DNA of 6,885 bases, taken from Candidatus Saccharimonadota bacterium. Lineage in GTDB: Bacteria; Bacteroidota; Bacteroidia; Flavobacteriales; Blattabacteriaceae. Made by a program: the position numbers and the translations under genes. The DNA lies in NCBI GenBank assembly GCA_029851105.1, contig CP099822.1, forward strand, positions 164,514 to 171,398, read 5' to 3'. The notes under the pieces are model-generated. The model saw nothing but the letters and a program-made list of their open reading frames with translations. It did not search any database and had not been told where the DNA came from. Below, one piece after another: positions 6,306 through 6,885 of this stretch (positions within the stretch are counted from its first letter, which is position 1; the number at the start of each line of letters is the position of its first letter).

Positions 6306-6885
6306 TTATTTTTTATTTTTTTTTTTATCTTTATCTTTCTCTTTATTTTTAACTTTTTCTTTTTCTTCTTTTTCTTTTTTAATTTTTATCATTTTAATAG
6401 ATAATATAACTTGATCATAAGGATGTAAAATTTTTATATTTTTTTTTAAATATAAAATATCTTTTATACATATTTTATCACCTATATCTAATTTAGATAT
6501 ATCTATTTCTAAATATTTAGAGTAATTTTTTAATGTAGTTTTTATTTTAATTTTTTTTAAAGGCATATTACATATTGCTCCTTTTAATACTCCAATAGAA
6601 TTACCTTTTAATTTAATATTAATAAAAGTAATAAAATCTACATTTTCATTTTCTATTTTATAAAAATCTATATGTAAAATTTTATTCCTAAATACATTAT
6701 ATTGTATATCTTTTATTAAAGAAATAATTTTTTTTTTTTTATAAATAAGATTTATTATATATTCTTTTTTAAGAAGAATTTTTTTAATTTCTAATAATGA
6801 AATATTACAAGGTAAATTATAATTTTTATTATATAAAATACATGGTATATATTTTTTTTTATTATATTTTTTTTTTTTTTTTTTT
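6306..6885 (-). CDS. rplY: 50S ribosomal protein L25, Ctc (two-domain) form; 5' end of gene lies beyond window end
   Basis: The frame of the 86-aa track ORF stays open from 6566 to the window edge. It reads ...KKKYIPCILYNKNYNLPCNISLLEIKKILLKKEYIINLIYKKKKIISLIKDIQYNVFRNKILHIDFYKIENENVDFITFINIKLKGNSIGVLKGAICNMPLKKIKIKT...LEIDISKLDIGDKICIKDI.... This matches the L25/Ctc patterns G.IP.V.YG, V..KD.Q.HP....ILH.DF, P....G...GVK.GG and I.VD.S.L..GDS....D. Confidence 0.8.
   Translation of the reverse strand, partial: KKKKKKYNKKKYIPCILYNKNYNLPCNISLLEIKKILLKKEYIINLIYKKKKIISLIKDIQYNVFRNKILHIDFYKIENENVDFITFINIKLKGNSIGVLKGAICNMPLKKIKIKTTLKNYSKYLEIDISKLDIGDKICIKDILYLKKNIKILHPYDQVILSIKMIKIKKEKEEKEKVKNKEKDKDKKKNKK

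Noticed and set aside
6309-6380. The C/T-rich low-complexity tract (tctttt-like units) as a microsatellite or regulatory polypyrimidine element
   Set aside because: It is the antisense of in-frame AAR/GAR codons encoding the Lys/Glu-rich C-terminal tail of L25. The units are irregular, not a true tandem repeat.
6306-6566. The ORF-track 86-aa protein treated as a stand-alone small K/E-rich gene
   Set aside because: It is the C-terminal domain and tail of Ctc-type L25. The frame stays open upstream to the window edge and encodes the L25 N-domain, so Met 6566 is internal.
1-6885. CRISPR arrays, tandem repeats, IS/transposon ends, integrase, toxin-antitoxin or defence-type genes, tRNA/rRNA/ncRNA genes
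   Set aside because: No spaced direct repeats were seen, and no G+C-enriched islands of the kind structured RNAs show even in AT-rich symbionts. All non-coding spacers total 214 nt and are pure A/T apart from six C in the 5463..5556 and 299..362 spacers. Every ORF of appreciable size is accounted for by a housekeeping homologue, except orf106. The recurring A/T words are compositional, not repeats.

Overview
This window is extremely AT-rich (roughly 10-13% G+C by eye; proteins dominated by K/N/I/F/Y) and about 97% coding: only 214 of 6885 nt lie outside the gene calls below. It has the hallmarks of a tiny-genome obligate insect endosymbiont. It uses the standard genetic code, has overlapping or abutting genes and shows no Shine-Dalgarno signals. 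A Carsonella-like gammaproteobacterium is my best guess, but I cannot confirm that without a database search. Gene content in order: 5' part of dnaG (-, missed by the ORF track). Then a tightly packed co-directional block of a dapA-like gene, a 106-aa orphan, aroB, gyrA and rplS (+). Then efp (-), rpmH (+, missed by the ORF track) and a Ctc-type rplY (-). rplY runs off the right edge, and the ORF-track start at 6566 is an internal Met. I see no RNA genes, mobile elements, CRISPR arrays, tandem repeats, or defence or toxin-like cassettes, and I cannot support a claim of a new multi-gene system here. The points worth a second look all concern degenerative protein evolution and extreme genome compaction. 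DnaG's zinc-binding motif has all four Zn ligands substituted. The DapA-like ORF is kept open but appears to lack its catalytic residues, whereas neighbouring AroB keeps all of its motifs. A conserved-looking but unassignable 106-aa ORF sits where aroK or chorismate mutase might be expected. Other points are the gene overlaps, convergent genes 2 nt apart, long in-frame homopolymers and start codons with no upstream G.
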